DNA of 51,552 nucleotides, filler included, from Sphacelaria rigidula (Eukaryota): NCBI GenBank assembly GCA_964200075.2. It is 3 parts of 3 records of this genome, joined end to end, with 100 filler letters (N's around TTAATTAATTAA, not from the genome) between each part and the next. Parts side by side here need not be neighbours in the genome. Positions count along the whole stretch, not along the records: positions 34,438 to 51,552 come from CAXNAA020001164.1; 2 more parts are not named here. One strand, 5' to 3'. The notes beneath the pieces are model-generated. The model was given only the letters and a program-made list of their open reading frames with translations. It was not told where the DNA came from and made no database searches. Numbering within the stretch: the stretch's first letter is position 1; the number at the start of each line of letters is the position of its first letter. The position numbers were made by a program, and so were the translations under genes. This document shows, in pieces, positions 49,748-51,552 of the stretch.

Positions 49748-51478
49748 AGATTCGAAATAATCAACGGCCATCGCATACCTGCCCCAGTCACCTGGCAGCA
49801 GCATGTCGTCTATGTGTGCAACCATTTCATAACATGTAGCCCAACAACCGGTCGGAAAATATTCGGAACCAATTAACATCCAATCCTCGGGGTCCGAAGC
49901 GCAAACATGTTATGTATTGAAGGAAAAAAGTGACGATTGCGAGCATCCAGTTCTGGGTGAAGGTACCCGACCGGTAGGGTACCCTCTCATCGTATACCAT
50001 AATCGGAGTAACTTCGTGATGACATAGTGGTTTCACGACTTCACCTATAGGATGGCTGTCGACATAGTATCGTTGATTTATTCGAACAATCGGTACTACA
50101 GTCTGACGATCTCAAAATCTCTTTTTCGAACTAGTGCACTTAGAAGATTCGTAACCAGATGACATAAACCTTGCAACTACCATTGGGAACATAGGCCGGG
50201 ATGTCACTTTTGATTATCAAGGAGGCGGTTGATGGACGGAGGCTAGTTCACCCGGGAAAATTAAATGTACACCCCGGTGCACCATCGACCTTCATGTGCA
50301 CCCTGGGATAATGGCAACAACACGTGCGGCTAGTCAGCGCCGCATGATCACGACCCTGACCGTGGTGCAACTTGGGTCAAACTATTCCGATCCGAACCAG
50401 CACAACCAACGTAGAGTGCAGTTGTAGTACAGCAGTAACATGATGTCGTAGTCTCTCATCTCTCACTACTCGTCTCACGGTCGAGTCTGCTGGACTTTCC
50501 ACTGCCAGTTCGAAAACGAAGGAGTGCTCTGTGTAAATTGTGTCAGAGCTCAAAATTCTCTGCTCGCTCATCTCCATCCTCCATCCATGTATGATGCACA
50601 CCGACAGACTATGAAGAGAAAGGAGGTGCTGATTTGTGTACCACGATAAGCACAGAAGACACAAGGTAGAGAGAGTGGCGTGTACTGGAACAGACAAAAT
50701 CATGGAGGCTACATCATATTCTACTGTCTGTCAGTTGCGCTAAGTCTATCGGTAACGCCATAAGGTCCACCGTGCCATCTCTACAGCAAAGCGAGTTATG
50801 GCCTACAGACAGGACGGTACACATGACTGTGCCGTACTGTACTGTATGTACAAGGAGGCCCAAATAAAACAGTAGTGCAGTGCAGTCGTCTCATTCTCCA
50901 TCATCCCGCTGCGTTCATCCCTTCGTACATGAAAATTCCTGAAGGATCAGATTCCATCAAAACCCCGGGAAGCGTGATCCCTTCCTACCGCAAGCTGTAA
51001 AATTTATCCCTCATTTGACCACCTGGGTGGGAATTTTTGAAGTGAATATTGTGCCGAAGAAACAGAGGGCCCACCCTCCGTGTGACACGTTATTTATGTT
51101 CTTTCAAACAACAGCGGACGGATGCTGTAGAGCTTCCGTACGGAATCCGTAGTTAATGATCGTTGGGCTACGTTTGAGAACGGTTGACACCATTTTATAA
51201 GTATCGCTACCCTTACCCCTAATCCTAACCCCGACCCAACGCACACCAAGAAGCCTTGGGCGACGGCGGAACGTGAATTCCCTAGGCAAAGGGCGGCCTT
51301 GATAGATCCCACACCGGCGCCTATGGCGCCGAATTCAACGAAACACGCGTTTTGTACGCACACGAGGAGCACACGGGACCGTCAGTCCCGATAAATTCCC
51401 TCCTCGTGGTTCACACTCGACATGCTGCTGCCAGGTGACTGGGGCAGGTGTGCGATGGCCGTTGATTATTTCGAATCT
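49748..51478. mobile_element. 1.73-kb non-autonomous TIR element
   Basis: 61-bp TIRs (49748-49808 and 51418-51478) with one mismatch; GTG on both flanks; no transposase ORF. Confidence 0.85.
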
Positions 51479-51552
51479 GTGACGAAATATCGCCTACATG
51501 ATGTGCTATGTAGTGATCAGCAGGATGATGACCGTTGGCTGTGTAGTGATGG

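Overview
This is a eukaryotic, transposon-dense window. GT-AG introns, TTAGGG-like repeats, chromodomain Ty3/gypsy elements and the repeat style suggest a stramenopile, probably a brown alga (inference). It consists of three contigs joined by 100-bp N gaps carrying an artificial TTAATTAATTAA linker. Contig 1 (1-17119) holds a decayed multi-exon cluster. On the + strand, an intron-containing gypsy-type integrase (HHCC, DDE, SH3-like C-terminus; Ginger-like, no RT or LTR) is followed by a spliced Sola2-like DDD transposase. Divergent minus-strand exons of unknown function and several nested MITEs lie upstream. Contig 2 (17220-34337) holds two defective Ty3/gypsy LTR elements, tRNA-derived SINE and MITE composites, and a 628-bp insertion whose two 90-bp termini are each a palindrome. 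Contig 3 (34438-51552) holds a large spliced gene or pseudogene for a low-complexity protein with an RS/RD-rich tail, a degenerate convergent gene, and further SINEs and MITEs. The best candidates for novelty are the integrase + Sola2 composite locus and the palindromic-terminus mini-element. All family assignments come from motif recognition by eye; no searches were run.
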